From assembly GCA_951406725.2 (NCBI GenBank), contig OX597830.1, forward strand, positions 35,960,001 through 36,024,000: DNA of 64,000 nt, in the 5' to 3' direction. This DNA comes from Octopus vulgaris. Taxonomy: Eukaryota. Each line of letters begins with the position of its first letter. Positions within the stretch are counted from its first letter, which is position 1. Position numbers and translations under genes: made by a program. A model generated the notes under the pieces. The model was not told where the DNA came from. It was given only the letters and a program-made list of their open reading frames with translations, and made no database searches. Positions 40,760 through 53,384 of this stretch are shown piece by piece.

Positions 40760-40995
40760 ACTACAGGGTAAATGTTTTTTTAATTTTCTCCTGGTTTGCG
40801 GAATTAATGTTGTTTTGTGGTTGAAGCTTTGGCTGTTATTTCTAGTGGGTGAATGGCCTATTATGGCCGTTCCTTGATTGTAATGTTGAATTTATAAATG
40901 GTCTATGACTATTTAAATTTTTTCCCACTAGGCCGCTGGTGGCAAAAAAATTCTACGAAATTTTTTGCCACCCTATATTGATTAATTATATATAT

Positions 40996-40997
<2 letters not shown>

Positions 40998-41080
<83 letters not shown>

Positions 41081-41081
41081 C

Positions 41082-41139
<58 letters not shown>

Positions 41140-41140
41140 T

Positions 41141-41200
<60 letters not shown>
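40998..41200. repeat. (GATA)n microsatellite
   Basis: Direct reading; similar tracts near 26870, 39190, 45490, 47110 and 58555. Confidence 0.98.
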
Positions 41201-41202
<2 letters not shown>

Positions 41203-41521
41203 TCTGTCTATATATAGATATATAGATATATGCAAACACACACTCACACACATATATATGTACTTACAGATGGATAGATTACTAAACAAAAAGAAAAATA
41301 ATCGGATACGTATATCCATACGACACAAATTTAAATGTTCAACACATTCATAACAACTGGCGCATACATATTATTAGTTGGTAAGGATACCGTGTATTGT
41401 TTTGCAACCATAATATATTACCAAGTCTCCTCGATTCTTATAATTCAATATTCTATCCTACTTTTTGTGTTAGCAATGCGATATAATCACTTTTAAGTTA
41501 TCTCTATTGGATTTTCTGTAG

Positions 41522-41600
41522 AAGTCAGAACCAGAACTGAAACTCGTGACGTTTGGTACACGAAGACATCTACGTAAACAATGTGATCGAATATGGGAAA
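41522..41600 (+). other. Candidate 79-bp spliced exon of an unidentified gene
   Basis: TTTTCTGTAG acceptor and GAAA|GTAAGT donor; one open frame (KSEPELKLVTFGTRRHLRKQCDRIWE); no recognised homology. Confidence 0.3.
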
Positions 41601-41895
41601 GTAAGTAATGGGTGTATATGCATATTTCGGGATTTATTGCTCTATCTTCAGCACAGCATCTAATCCAGTATTCATCAATGGACACGTTGCTTGAATAGCC
41701 ACTACGTTTAGCAGCGTAATACTATTGGATAGATCAATTTACATACGAAACATATTCCTTGGGACTCGTACGTACTTATTAATTGACGGTGTCTTCTATA
41801 CGTAAATATTTATATACATTTTAATATACTCACATCTACATATACATACATAAAGACACACACGCATATATATACATACATACACACACACACAC

Positions 41896-41932
<37 letters not shown>

Positions 41933-42079
41933 CCATTATATATCTGCTAAATAGGAAGCATAAAATGGATCCATAGCTTCCGTCTCAGTTACGAGCTTGG
42001 AACCCTGATAATCCGTTACAGTACTTACCCAGCGTACCTGTTCGTTTAGATCACCAGTGAACTAAACCCCCATATTCTA

Positions 42080-42156
<77 letters not shown>

Positions 42157-43089
42157 GCGCAGATATTTGTTCGTGAGTTTCATGTAAAATCAATACGGGT
42201 GACTCAATATAATTAATATTATTCAATATATTTCAACAATATATATTCAATTTATTTTAAACAGAAAAAAAAACTTACAGTGACTTCGAAGACTTTGTAG
42301 TCATGAGTCGTATTGCTAAATGTGCTGATGTATATGAAGCCAGCGATGCTAATTACAATGATGACAGCGTTGAAAATGACGATATCCGCAATAAAAACAT
42401 TGATGAATGCTTTTACATTTTTTGACCATGTGAATGATAAGAATTTAAATGTGTCATAGGAAAGGCTCATAGTTTAGGAATCAATCGATAGCGTTTGCAT
42501 CGATAATTTAATATTGGCCCCTTCTGGGAATAATCCAGAATCCTTGTCCGGTACCTGATCGATCCCAATGGTAGTCATGGAATGTGAAGGTGGCAGTAGA
42601 AAATTTAGTAACAGTAATAAATAGTTTATCCTTATCTAATACAAGCCAACGTTAACAAATTCACCATTGAAAACAGTTTCAAAAGCGGAGGTAATAATGA
42701 TAAGTTCTACTCAGGAATTTTCAAATGAATAGCATGAGACCATTTGGTTTTTTCTTCTCTTGCAATTCGGCCTTCCTTTAGTATCCCTGTTGTTTTAATT
42801 TCATTCATAGATGTATGTATATATGTAAGTGTACTGTAAAGTGTTAATGTGTATGAATAACATATAATATATACATTATAAAGATATATTAATTTTATTT
42901 AATTTCTCAATGGTTTTGCTGCCGTTTGTTTATGTAGTTTGATTTCTTTATCCATCAGCTTCTACTAAAATAGAAACTCGAGTAAAATTAATAATAGAGA
43001 AACGAAAATAAAACTTTGGAAACAGCATGAAGAGAGATAATTGAGAAAGACTTGGAAGTCGTCGTCGTAAGATCGTAATCCTGTAAAGT

Positions 43090-43283
43090 AAATATAACAA
43101 ATAATCCTAAATCCTAGTCCAGTACTGCATCGATCCCAAAATCTAATCAGTTCGTGCCAGTCACGAGGCTAAACATCCCTGAAAGTTTCATCCGAATCCA
43201 TCCAGCGGTTCTTGAGATTTCTTGTCCACGAACAAAGAAACAAACACGACTGAAAACAATACCTCCGCCTTCGCTAAGGCAAA

Positions 43284-43290
<7 letters not shown>
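43090..43290 (+). mobile_element. Probable Helentron/HINE-like non-autonomous element end
   Basis: GATCCCAAAATCTAATCAGTTC..AAAGTTTCATCCGAATCCATCCAGCGGTTCTTGAGAT..GAAAACAA then terminal hairpin TACCTCCGCC-ttcgctaa-GGCAAAGGTA; related pieces near 42530-42560 and 42670-42698. Confidence 0.5.
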
Positions 43291-43357
<67 letters not shown>

Positions 43358-43368
43358 TAATAATAATG

Positions 43369-43444
<76 letters not shown>

Positions 43445-43450
43445 TAATAA

Positions 43451-44656
43451 CAATTGGCCTAGACACCTACCTGAAAAACTCTGAGGACTGGATGTTAAAA
43501 CTTGTCTCAAAACATGAAAACAAGAAAGCATCATACTCAGTAACAAAACAGGCAAAGGAATATCTAAGTGAATTTCGAATACAACAAATTTCGGAATTAG
43601 AGATAGACATACAAGAAACAGGCACAGAAAAAGCTAAGCGCATGAAAACCCGTGCTAAATCTGCGGCCTTAGATATTCTGAATGATAAATGGCAAGAAAA
43701 ACCTCTCTATGGCAAATACCCAAAGAGAGCAAATAATGCAGATGTTGACAAAGCCCTGACCCATCAATGGCTAATGGCCTCTGGCTTGAAATCTGAAACA
43801 GAGGGGTTTATCATAACAGCTCAAGATCAATGCCTACCAACAAGAAACTACTAGGCCAACATATTAAAGATCAGAAGCAGTCTAACGTGTCGTGTATGCA
43901 AGCAACAAAATGAAACCATTGACCATGTGGTCTCCAAGTGCAGTCTTCTAGCGCCTACAGAGTATCTCAACAGGCACGATAGAGCTGCACAATATATTCA
44001 CTGCGTAATCTGCAAAAACCTGGATTTGCCCCATGAAAAAAACTGGTGGGAACACAAACCACCCCCAGTGCTTGAAAATGACCACATCTCACTCCTCTGG
44101 AACTTCACCATTCAAACTGACAGAAAGATAGATGCAAATAGGCCAGACATCATATTGAAAGTTCAAACAAAGAACATGCCTCCTCATTGATATGACTGTC
44201 CCAATCGATATAAACGTATCTGTCAAAACCTACCAAAAACTGAGCAAATATAAAGATCTTGAAATAGAAATCAGCAAAATGTGGAAGCTGAAGACTAAAA
44301 CAATACCTGTTGTCATAGGTGCCCTGGGAATGATAGCAAAAGGGGCTGATAGCTACCTAACTCAGATACCAGGAAACCCCAAAATGGCAGAAATTCAAAA
44401 GATAGTGCTCATGGGAACTGCTCATATCCTACGCAAAATACTTTCTATGTAATCTCAAGGTTTAAAACAAACATAATTTTCGGTTTACACAAAAAAAAAA
44501 CTTTTTTTTTAGACATTCATTAGTACAACAACCCCCCCCAAATATATGGCACACTAGGCATAACAACAACATGAACTTCCAACCCTGTTGTCTCTTGAGG
44601 TCTCTGGGTGAGACTTGGAGCCAACTTGTACAAATATAAAGCAAAAGTCAAACATA

Positions 44657-44657
<1 letters not shown>
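43451..44657 (+). mobile_element. 5'-truncated RLE-type (R4/Dong-like) LINE inserted in (AAT)n
   Basis: KWQEKPLYGKY..WL..LKSETEGFIITAQDQ, CCHC knuckle CRVCKQQNETIDHVVSKC, RHD, RPDIILK..IDMTVP, KLSKYKDL, GALG, GTAHILRK; stop near 43852 and frameshifts; about 200-bp 3' UTR; long (AAT)n on both sides. Confidence 0.95.
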
Positions 44658-44734
<77 letters not shown>

Positions 44735-44739
<5 letters not shown>

Positions 44740-44935
44740 GTTTCACATTTTGCCCCGAGAGCAGCAGTTAGCGGGGGAGGTGAGTCAATTACATCGAGCC
44801 CCAGACTGGTGTATATTTTATCGACCCAGAAAGGATGAATGGGTAAGTGTACCGCGGCGGAATTTGAAATCAGAATGTGAAACGGACTGAGCATTTTGCC
44901 CGGCGTATTATCAATTCTCCTAGCACACCGCCTTA
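44735..44935 (-). mobile_element. SINE family A copy
   Basis: CGGCGGAATTTGAAATCAGAA..AGCATTTTGCCCGGCGT..CCGCCTTA. Confidence 0.8.
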
Positions 44936-45507
44936 AAAGAGCAGCAGCAGGAAGTGGAGGAGGAGGAGGCGGAAGAAAAAGAAGAAGAACAGCAACAAGA
45001 ATACATGGTAAGAAAACAAGAAAAAGGAAAGAAAACAGAAAGAAAAGGAATGATGTATAATCTATCAGAAAAATCTGAGAAGAATTACTAAAACAGAGAT
45101 GAAGAAGCTGGAAGTAAATGATGAACCAAAAGATTCAGAGAAATTCTGTAAAAGTATCTTCAAATATACATAGCCATATAGATAGAAATATCGCTTTTCC
45201 CTTCATATTCCTCCTCCTCTTTCTTATTATTTCTGTATATATACAATCATATATACTATATACATACACACATACATGCATATGTATATATATATTTATA
45301 TGCATATATACATATATATATATACATATATATATATTTGTATATATTTGTATATATGCTTATATACATAATTATATATGTACATATGTATATATATATA
45401 CACATATATAATGATATACATATATACATGTTTTTATATAGATATGCGTATTTTTGCATGAAACTATGTATATATATATATATATATGTAGATAGATAGA
45501 TAGATAT

Positions 45508-45574
<67 letters not shown>

Positions 45575-45876
45575 CGGCGCGAATATATCGGCGTGGGGGA
45601 TTTGGGTACGTGTATTACAGCAAGTGTTTATATACACTTGCATAAGCATAGCTAATGGATTGGAAATATTTGCATTTTTATATATGAATTACGGTATGTA
45701 TACAGATTTCCCCGTATATATATATATGGATGTATATATGTATGCATAAATATATATATATATATATACTTCTCTTTCTATCTTTACCTACTCTGTCCCC
45801 CTCTCATTCTTTCTCTTATTCCCCCTCACTTTCTACATACACATATATATGTCTATATACATGAGTGTATATATGC

Positions 45877-45931
<55 letters not shown>

Positions 45932-46375
45932 CACACACGCACACACACAGAGGCAGCCATGCATATATTCATGTACATAACTCGGTAGCATGTACATAGC
46001 TCGGTACGTATTTATGCATTTACCTATGCATGTGTAAATGCATGTGTGTATGCATAGGACATATGTAAAGCAACTTGATGCATATTGCTGCAAGATGTGC
46101 CTATCATTTATATCCAAAATTGCAATTGCATGCGTTATGTAGAATATTTATTTACATATCTAGTTAATTTATCTATGTGTCTACTTACCACTTCATTTTT
46201 CTTGGTTCTCCATATTGGAATTAATAAAACCTATTAATCTTCTTGAACAACTTAACACATCCTGAATATAAATTATGTATACGCATATATATTTGTGTGT
46301 GTGTGTGTGTTGTGTGCAGGTGTACGATGTGAGTATCTGAATGTTTATAGGTGTGTGTGTGTGTATGGATCTAGG

Positions 46376-46419
<44 letters not shown>

Positions 46420-46444
46420 TATATGTCTCTAATAATATTTTATA

Positions 46445-46557
<113 letters not shown>

Positions 46558-46593
46558 GCATATATATATATATATATAGATAAATGTATATAC

Positions 46594-46675
<82 letters not shown>

Positions 46676-47107
46676 GTATGTATGTATCTGTATGTATTTA
46701 TGTACGTATGTATGCATATATGCATGTATATATCTCTCTGTAAATATATTTTCTGCATATTATGTAATATATACATGTTTGTAAGTTATATTTATCTATG
46801 TCCATATGAATATTTACACACACTCACACACACATATATATACACATATAGCTACGAAAACACGAACACGAATACACGCACACACAAACACAAACACAGA
46901 CACACGCGGAAACACACACGTACATGATACACATACGTAGACATTTTCTCTCACAATCAATATGCACTCTTTTTCCTTTTCCTCCTTTTCACTTATATAA
47001 ATATGTGTATGTATATAGGCGCGCGCGCGTGTGTAAGTGAATGTGGGTCGATTTTATTTTTACATGAAACAACATGTAGATTGACACACAGCTAGACAGA
47101 CAGACAC

Positions 47108-47239
<132 letters not shown>

Positions 47240-47288
47240 TCACGCAGACACACAGACATACAGTCAGGCATGTAGCCTATCAGCCAGT

Positions 47289-47351
<63 letters not shown>

Positions 47352-47750
47352 TTAGATAGATACACACAGACGAACACTCACACACAAACACACAGAGACA
47401 AACACACACACACATATCTATATACACATATTCTTTTGTAGGACAGAAACAAGTTGGGAAATTATTTATTTCAGGAATTATCTGCCCCTTCCCGTTTACA
47501 GTTGTTAGTCATTGCCATCAATCAACCGCCGTAAGTATTTCACTAAAGTAATATTTTCGTGGTATTAAATACGTTATTATTTTTCCTGTGGCCGCTCTCA
47601 GTTTTTCTAATAGACAAAACTTGTGTGTGTGTGTGTGTATTTATAAATTTGTAAAGAAACCCGAATGCTGTAAATTACGGAGAAGAGCGACGCACATAGG
47701 ATTTTTTTTTAATAATAACTGTAATTGTATATATTTATAAAACAATGCAC

Positions 47751-47874
47751 GCTCCATTTAGGGCGACTAAATGTAAACAATTGATCTAAGAAAACGGGCC
47801 GAACCACTGCGAACTGAACTCGACATGGTTCTATTTTCGGTCAATTGTTTCGGTTTAGTCGCTCTAAATGAAGC
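47751..47874. mobile_element. Short palindromic MITE-like element
   Basis: GCTCCATTTAGGGCGACTAAATGTAAACAATTGA matches the reverse complement of TCAATTGTTTCGGTTTAGTCGCTCTAAATGAAGC. Confidence 0.75.
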
Positions 47875-47904
47875 CTATATCATTATATGAATAATATAAT
47901 GGTT

Positions 47905-48125
47905 ATTGTGTGTGTGTGTGTGTGCCGTTGGCGATTTTTTCTTTCTTTTCTTCTTTTTTTCTTTCTTTGGACATTTCCTTTTCTTCTTTCCGACAGAGAG
48001 CCTATGCTCGAAATGTCAAACTCTCTGTTTCCATCGAGCGTCAAGCTAATACATTCTCAGACACGACCACATGTTGTCCGTATTTATTCGTTTACTTGAA
48101 CTGTTTGTATATTTGAATTGCACCT
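47905..48125 (+). mobile_element. Penelope-like terminal fragment with decayed minimal hammerhead (47987-48020)
   Basis: TTT-cCGAcaGA-GAGC ctat GCTC-GAAA-tGTC-AAA. Confidence 0.55.
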
Positions 48126-48281
48126 GTTGTGTCTGTGTGTGCGTGCGCGCGATTGTGTGTGTATGCGTGTGTGCGTATGGTGTCTGTCCGTGTGGTGTGT
48201 GTCCGTGTGTGTTATTGTATGCATATAGATAGATAGATACATACATGCATATATGCATAGATGCCTACATACATACATACA

Positions 48282-48313
<32 letters not shown>

Positions 48314-48344
48314 CGCACGCACGCATATGTATATATATACATAT

Positions 48345-48545
48345 ATGTGACCTCGTGAGCACCGCCAGTAATTTTTTTTCCTTTGTCTTCCCTTCTCGGG
48401 ATCTTTCCTTCTCCTTTGTTTCCGACGAAGAGCTCCGCTCGAAACGTTAAACCCTCCTTCTACCCTTCTTTCCTGAGCGTCCAATAATACTTTATTTGTT
48501 CCACGTCCTCGCGTTGCTGTGTTTTGCCAAAATTTGAAACCTGTA
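48345..48545 (+). mobile_element. Penelope-like terminal fragment with minimal hammerhead (48418-48452, U4-to-C change)
   Basis: GTTT-CCGACGA-a-GAGC tcc GCTC-GAAA-CGTT-AAAC; colinear with 58300-58495. Confidence 0.65.
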
Positions 48546-48579
48546 AATAATAATAATAATAATAACTAATAATAATAAT

Positions 48580-48610
<31 letters not shown>

Positions 48611-48739
48611 ATAATATATAAGCATTATAATAAAGTAGCATTAGCATTACTCTTAATTCAATTTTATGCAGCAATAAATCTCAAATAGACCTACATAATG
48701 TTTTTCATGAATATTGCATTTCAGATACACGTAGAAATT

Positions 48740-48778
<39 letters not shown>

Positions 48779-49289
48779 TCTCTCTATCTTTCTCTCTCTC
48801 TCACTATTTACTTTCGCTTTTAACTTCACCAAATACGTGTACCTATGCAAATAATTCAGCTCTACAGAACACCATATAAACACGAGCGCATCCGTGTGTC
48901 TTTCTTAATGTGTGTACACACATAAACACGCTCGCTCACATACATACGAGGACGAATATACATATACCTATACGTGTTTGCATGTGTGTCTCTGTTTGTA
49001 TGTGTGTGTGTGTAACTGGGGTACGTGCCAGCTATTCCGCGTGATCCTCTTTGTGCCTTTATGTTTATTTATATATATATGTGTGTATATATATATATAT
49101 ATATGCGTGCATGTGTGTAGATATAACTATTCATATATATATATATATATATATATTTGTATGTAAGTATCTGTGTATACGTATATATATATATATATAT
49201 AATAAATATATGTATACATATGTAACCATAAATATATATATATGTGTGTGTGTGTATATATGCATACATACACACACACACATACACAT

Positions 49290-49358
<69 letters not shown>

Positions 49359-49917
49359 CTCAGGGTGGAAAACAGAGTTGAGGTCTCCTTGGTACGCATG
49401 AACATACACTAATCAGAAAACCATACATAATTACTCTTCATATACATAGTTGCATCCACGCGCGTTCATGCATACACCAACATCCATATAATATAAAGCA
49501 TAACTCATTGATACTCCTGTACACGCTCTCACGCACTCACAAGTACAATGTTCATACGCATACATTCTGATATACGACTGCTCCTCATATAGATGTGCTA
49601 TTAAGGATACAATTTTCACTAACACCCTGTTTTTCACTGCTTTCGAATCTCATAGGTAAATGAGTGAGATTCTATTTCCTTTCCCATTAAAACAGAAGAA
49701 CAAATCTTTATAAAATATATCAAATATATTTGAAGAAATAATGAGAAAGTTATTAAACTGAAAGCAGGTGAAATGGTAGAAAATAAATGAGATAAGAAAC
49801 ATAATTTGTTGATGTTAGGTAAAACCCGGTCATATGTTTTTTTATTATATTTTATGGAAAATAAACCATGAAAAATGTTCTAGCTCGTGCGCGCGCGTGT
49901 TTGTTTATATATGTATA

Positions 49918-49964
<47 letters not shown>

Positions 49965-50330
49965 GGAAATATACATATATACATATGTAGACGTATATAA
50001 GTAAATGTACATATAAGCATACATTTATATATTTATATACATATGTATATATTGTATATACATATGTATATATATATATGTACATATATTTGTATATATT
50101 CATATGTATAACTATATATATATATATATAATGCATATATACAAATAGATATCTTATACGTATATATTTGCGTATATATACATATTTATATTTATATTTA
50201 TTTTACTTAGTTATGTAAGCCAATGTTCCTGTAATTTTTTCTTTAAAATATCGTATTAAATATATGAAATGACTTCTTGAAAATAAAATAAATAACTGAA
50301 AAACTATACTATCGATATACTTGTGTATCT

Positions 50331-50332
<2 letters not shown>

Positions 50333-50368
<36 letters not shown>

Positions 50369-50393
50369 TACTATAATGATGATGATGATGATG

Positions 50394-50472
<79 letters not shown>

Positions 50473-50476
50473 TAAC

Positions 50477-50530
<54 letters not shown>
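50333..50530. repeat. Compound (CAT)n-(GAT)n-(AAT)n microsatellite
   Basis: Direct reading. Confidence 0.97.
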
Positions 50531-50531
<1 letters not shown>

Positions 50532-50961
50532 TCGAGGATGTTATTTGGATTAAAATTCTAAGCTAGTCATGATGACCTCAAGTCCATTTATTTAGCCGCG
50601 CTATTGCTAGATTTTATCTTCCTCGACGCCATTTTTTCTCCTTTTCCCGGTTCAGTTTTAAAAACCTTTTAAAGAGATTCTATGCTCTCACGCTTATTTA
50701 CACTCACCTATCGCTATTTTTGTCCCCCTTTCTCTCTCGCGCTCTCTCTCTCTTTTTCTGGCCATCTCCCTCTCTCTCTCTTTCTCTCTGTCACACACAC
50801 TCACACTCTTTGTTTGTTTCCGTCTTCCTCTTTTTCTTTCGCTTCTTCTTTTTAACACTTTCGCTTCTGTATTTTCATCTCCTTGTCTCTGGTTCTCATA
50901 TCAGCTGTTCATATCTTGTTAGCTAGAACGTGCATGTATATGTGCTTGCGCATGTTCGTGC

Positions 50962-51000
<39 letters not shown>

Positions 51001-51230
51001 TTTGTCTGTGTGTGTGTCCACGCGTGTGTGCGTGAGTGTCAGTGTGTGTGTTTCTGTATGCTTAAAGGTGGAATCATAAGTGTTTCATGAAAAAAAAAAA
51101 AAAACTAGAATGCAATGGGCAGTTAGAGAAAGTAAAAGGGGACACAGAAAGAGAGGTAGAGAAAGTAAAAGGGGACACAGATGCATCGGTTAGAGAGAAA
51201 GTGGTAATTTAGAGAAATGGTAGACGGGTA

Positions 51231-51274
<44 letters not shown>

Positions 51275-51880
51275 TCAATCTAGCTGTCGAGAATATATAT
51301 CACATGTTCATGTGGATTTAAGATACCGCATTTTAAATTTATTTTCGTATTATAAATATATATGTGTGTGTGTATGTGTGTATGCATATGTATATATATG
51401 CATATATATTTACATATACATATATATATACACATACTTATACACTCATACTTCTTATATATATATATATATATAAAGAGAGAGAGAGAGAGTGAGAGAG
51501 AGCGAGAGAGACAGAGACAGACAGACAGAGAGAATAAGTACCGGCTTTAATGTGTAAGTATGGGTTTGATTCGACTAAATTTCTTCGTGGTAGTGTCCCC
51601 ACTTGGCAGCAATCCGATGACTGAAGCATGTAAAAGAATAAAAGAATGTGTGTGTATGTATGTGTCTGTGTGTGTGTTTGTGTATAAAATAACGAAGGCA
51701 GATATACGCAAAATAAAACCGAAAAGGAAAATTTACTTCTCACTAATTGAGACTGGGGGTGCAGAGTAGCAACTATATTGCTAGAGATAAGTGTTAGAAA
51801 ACCCTTAGAGCCGCAAGAATGCACATTTTTTACATACTGACAGGGGAGATAACTGCCCCACAGCGATTGAAATCTCTATA

Positions 51881-51919
51881 CCAGTCTAGTTTCGCTTGAA
51901 ATTACTCGCTCGTCAGTAG
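51881..51919 (-). ncRNA. Hammerhead-like motif with mutated cleavage triplet
   Basis: Minus strand CTA-CTGACGA-GC..GC-GAAA-CTA-GAC-TGG; core boxes intact, GUC changed to GAC, stem II weak. Confidence 0.45.
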
Positions 51920-52137
51920 TGGCTGCTCCATCGCTGCAATCAGTATATATATTTACCATATGAAACTATGGCTGATTCAAAGAATGCTAATGTCAAAATT
52001 ATATAACAACGAAGGCAACTATAAGCGACAGAAAACCTAAAAAGAGCCATTCAATTGTTACTTGATGTGACTGAAGGTGCAGAGCAGACCCAACATTGTT
52101 AGAAATAGCAGTTAAAAAACTTATGGCCGCAATATAA

Positions 52138-52175
<38 letters not shown>

Positions 52176-53384
52176 TGTGTCTAGAGAGAGTCATTACACA
52201 CATGCACACACACATATTCTTTGTGTGTGTGTCTTTCTGTCTGCGTTTGACCCCCGCCACTGCTTGACAACCGATGTTGATGTGTTTACGTCCCTGTAAC
52301 ATAACAGTTCGGCAAAAGAGACCGATAAAATTATTTAGTACCAGGCTTTAATAGAAAAATAAGAAAACTAATATTCTCCAAGATGGTGCCCCAGCATGGC
52401 CACCGCCAAATAACTGCAACAAGTAAAAGATAAAAGGTATATATATATGGTGGTTATGCTCTCCATGCCTTTCAGCTCTATTTTAAAAAATTAAAAATAG
52501 CCTGATAGCAACATCAGCAGAAAATATACATTGGAATTGTTTCAAACATGAAGAATAAAATTTCAGTTTTCTTTTTACCTGACCTAAATTGGCCTCTGGA
52601 CCGTATGAAATTTTATCAAATAATTGTATAAAATATTCTTATCACTCTATTAATTTTTATTTTCATGTTTTGAAATTCTTAATAAAATAGAACAAAAGTA
52701 ACGTATATCTAAGTCGTTGATATCAGGAAGAAACAATTTGTCTCATTTTCTCATTTTCCGTCTACCAAATCGACTCACAAGGTACTACGCAGTGGGACTA
52801 AACCCAGAACTATGTGGCTGGGAAGCAGGCTTCCTACCACACATCCACAATTTAATGAATTTCTCGCGTCTCACGAAAGATTTTGTTCTGTTGCAATCCT
52901 TGATGGATGAACTTCCTCCAAATTCCTACACAATGGAAACGAACCCAAAACAACGATTTTGTGAAGCGAACTACTTAACCAGTCATATCTATTCGTATCA
53001 ATCATATCTCGTCTTACTATTCCCCCTTTCACCTTTACAAAATCTAAGTACATTACTTTCTACCTTGCCGTTTATATATTTATTGTTTCGTTTTTTTTTC
53101 CATCATATACCCCGACTCCTAAAAGTAAAAGAAATCATTTTGCTATACAATTATGTATTTTTCTAGATCTTAAAATCTGCCTATATTTTGAAAGGAGAGC
53201 GAATTTTATGTAATCTATTAATAACTTCTTAGACACGACCCCCGTTTTGTTAAAAAGAGGAAGCTAACTTTTATAAATATTGCATCCGTTTCACTGCATA
53301 CTTTTCATCTCCTTAAAATTTTTCAGCATTTTTTAACTACTACTACTACTACTCTGAGTTACCCTTCCTCTGATTGCTAAGAGA

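Larger units (their letters stand above)
39749..40989. mobile_element. Retrozyme-like / non-autonomous Penelope-like element: 484-bp unit, about 1.8 tandem copies plus an inverted partial copy, inserted in (TA)n
   Basis: 39749-40232 repeats at 40233-40627 (offset 484); 40628-40989 is the reverse complement of about 40129-40489; only a few substitutions; one hammerhead per copy; no ORF in the supplied track. Confidence 0.85.

Noticed and set aside
42252-42470. Hydrophobic 72-aa minus-strand ORF with a GTAAG donor-like site
   Set aside because: No recognisable homology or clear acceptor; consistent with decayed GAT-type repeat
43222-43854. 210-aa ORF with poly-Ile as a membrane protein
   Set aside because: Chance fusion of (AAT)n with the truncated LINE frame
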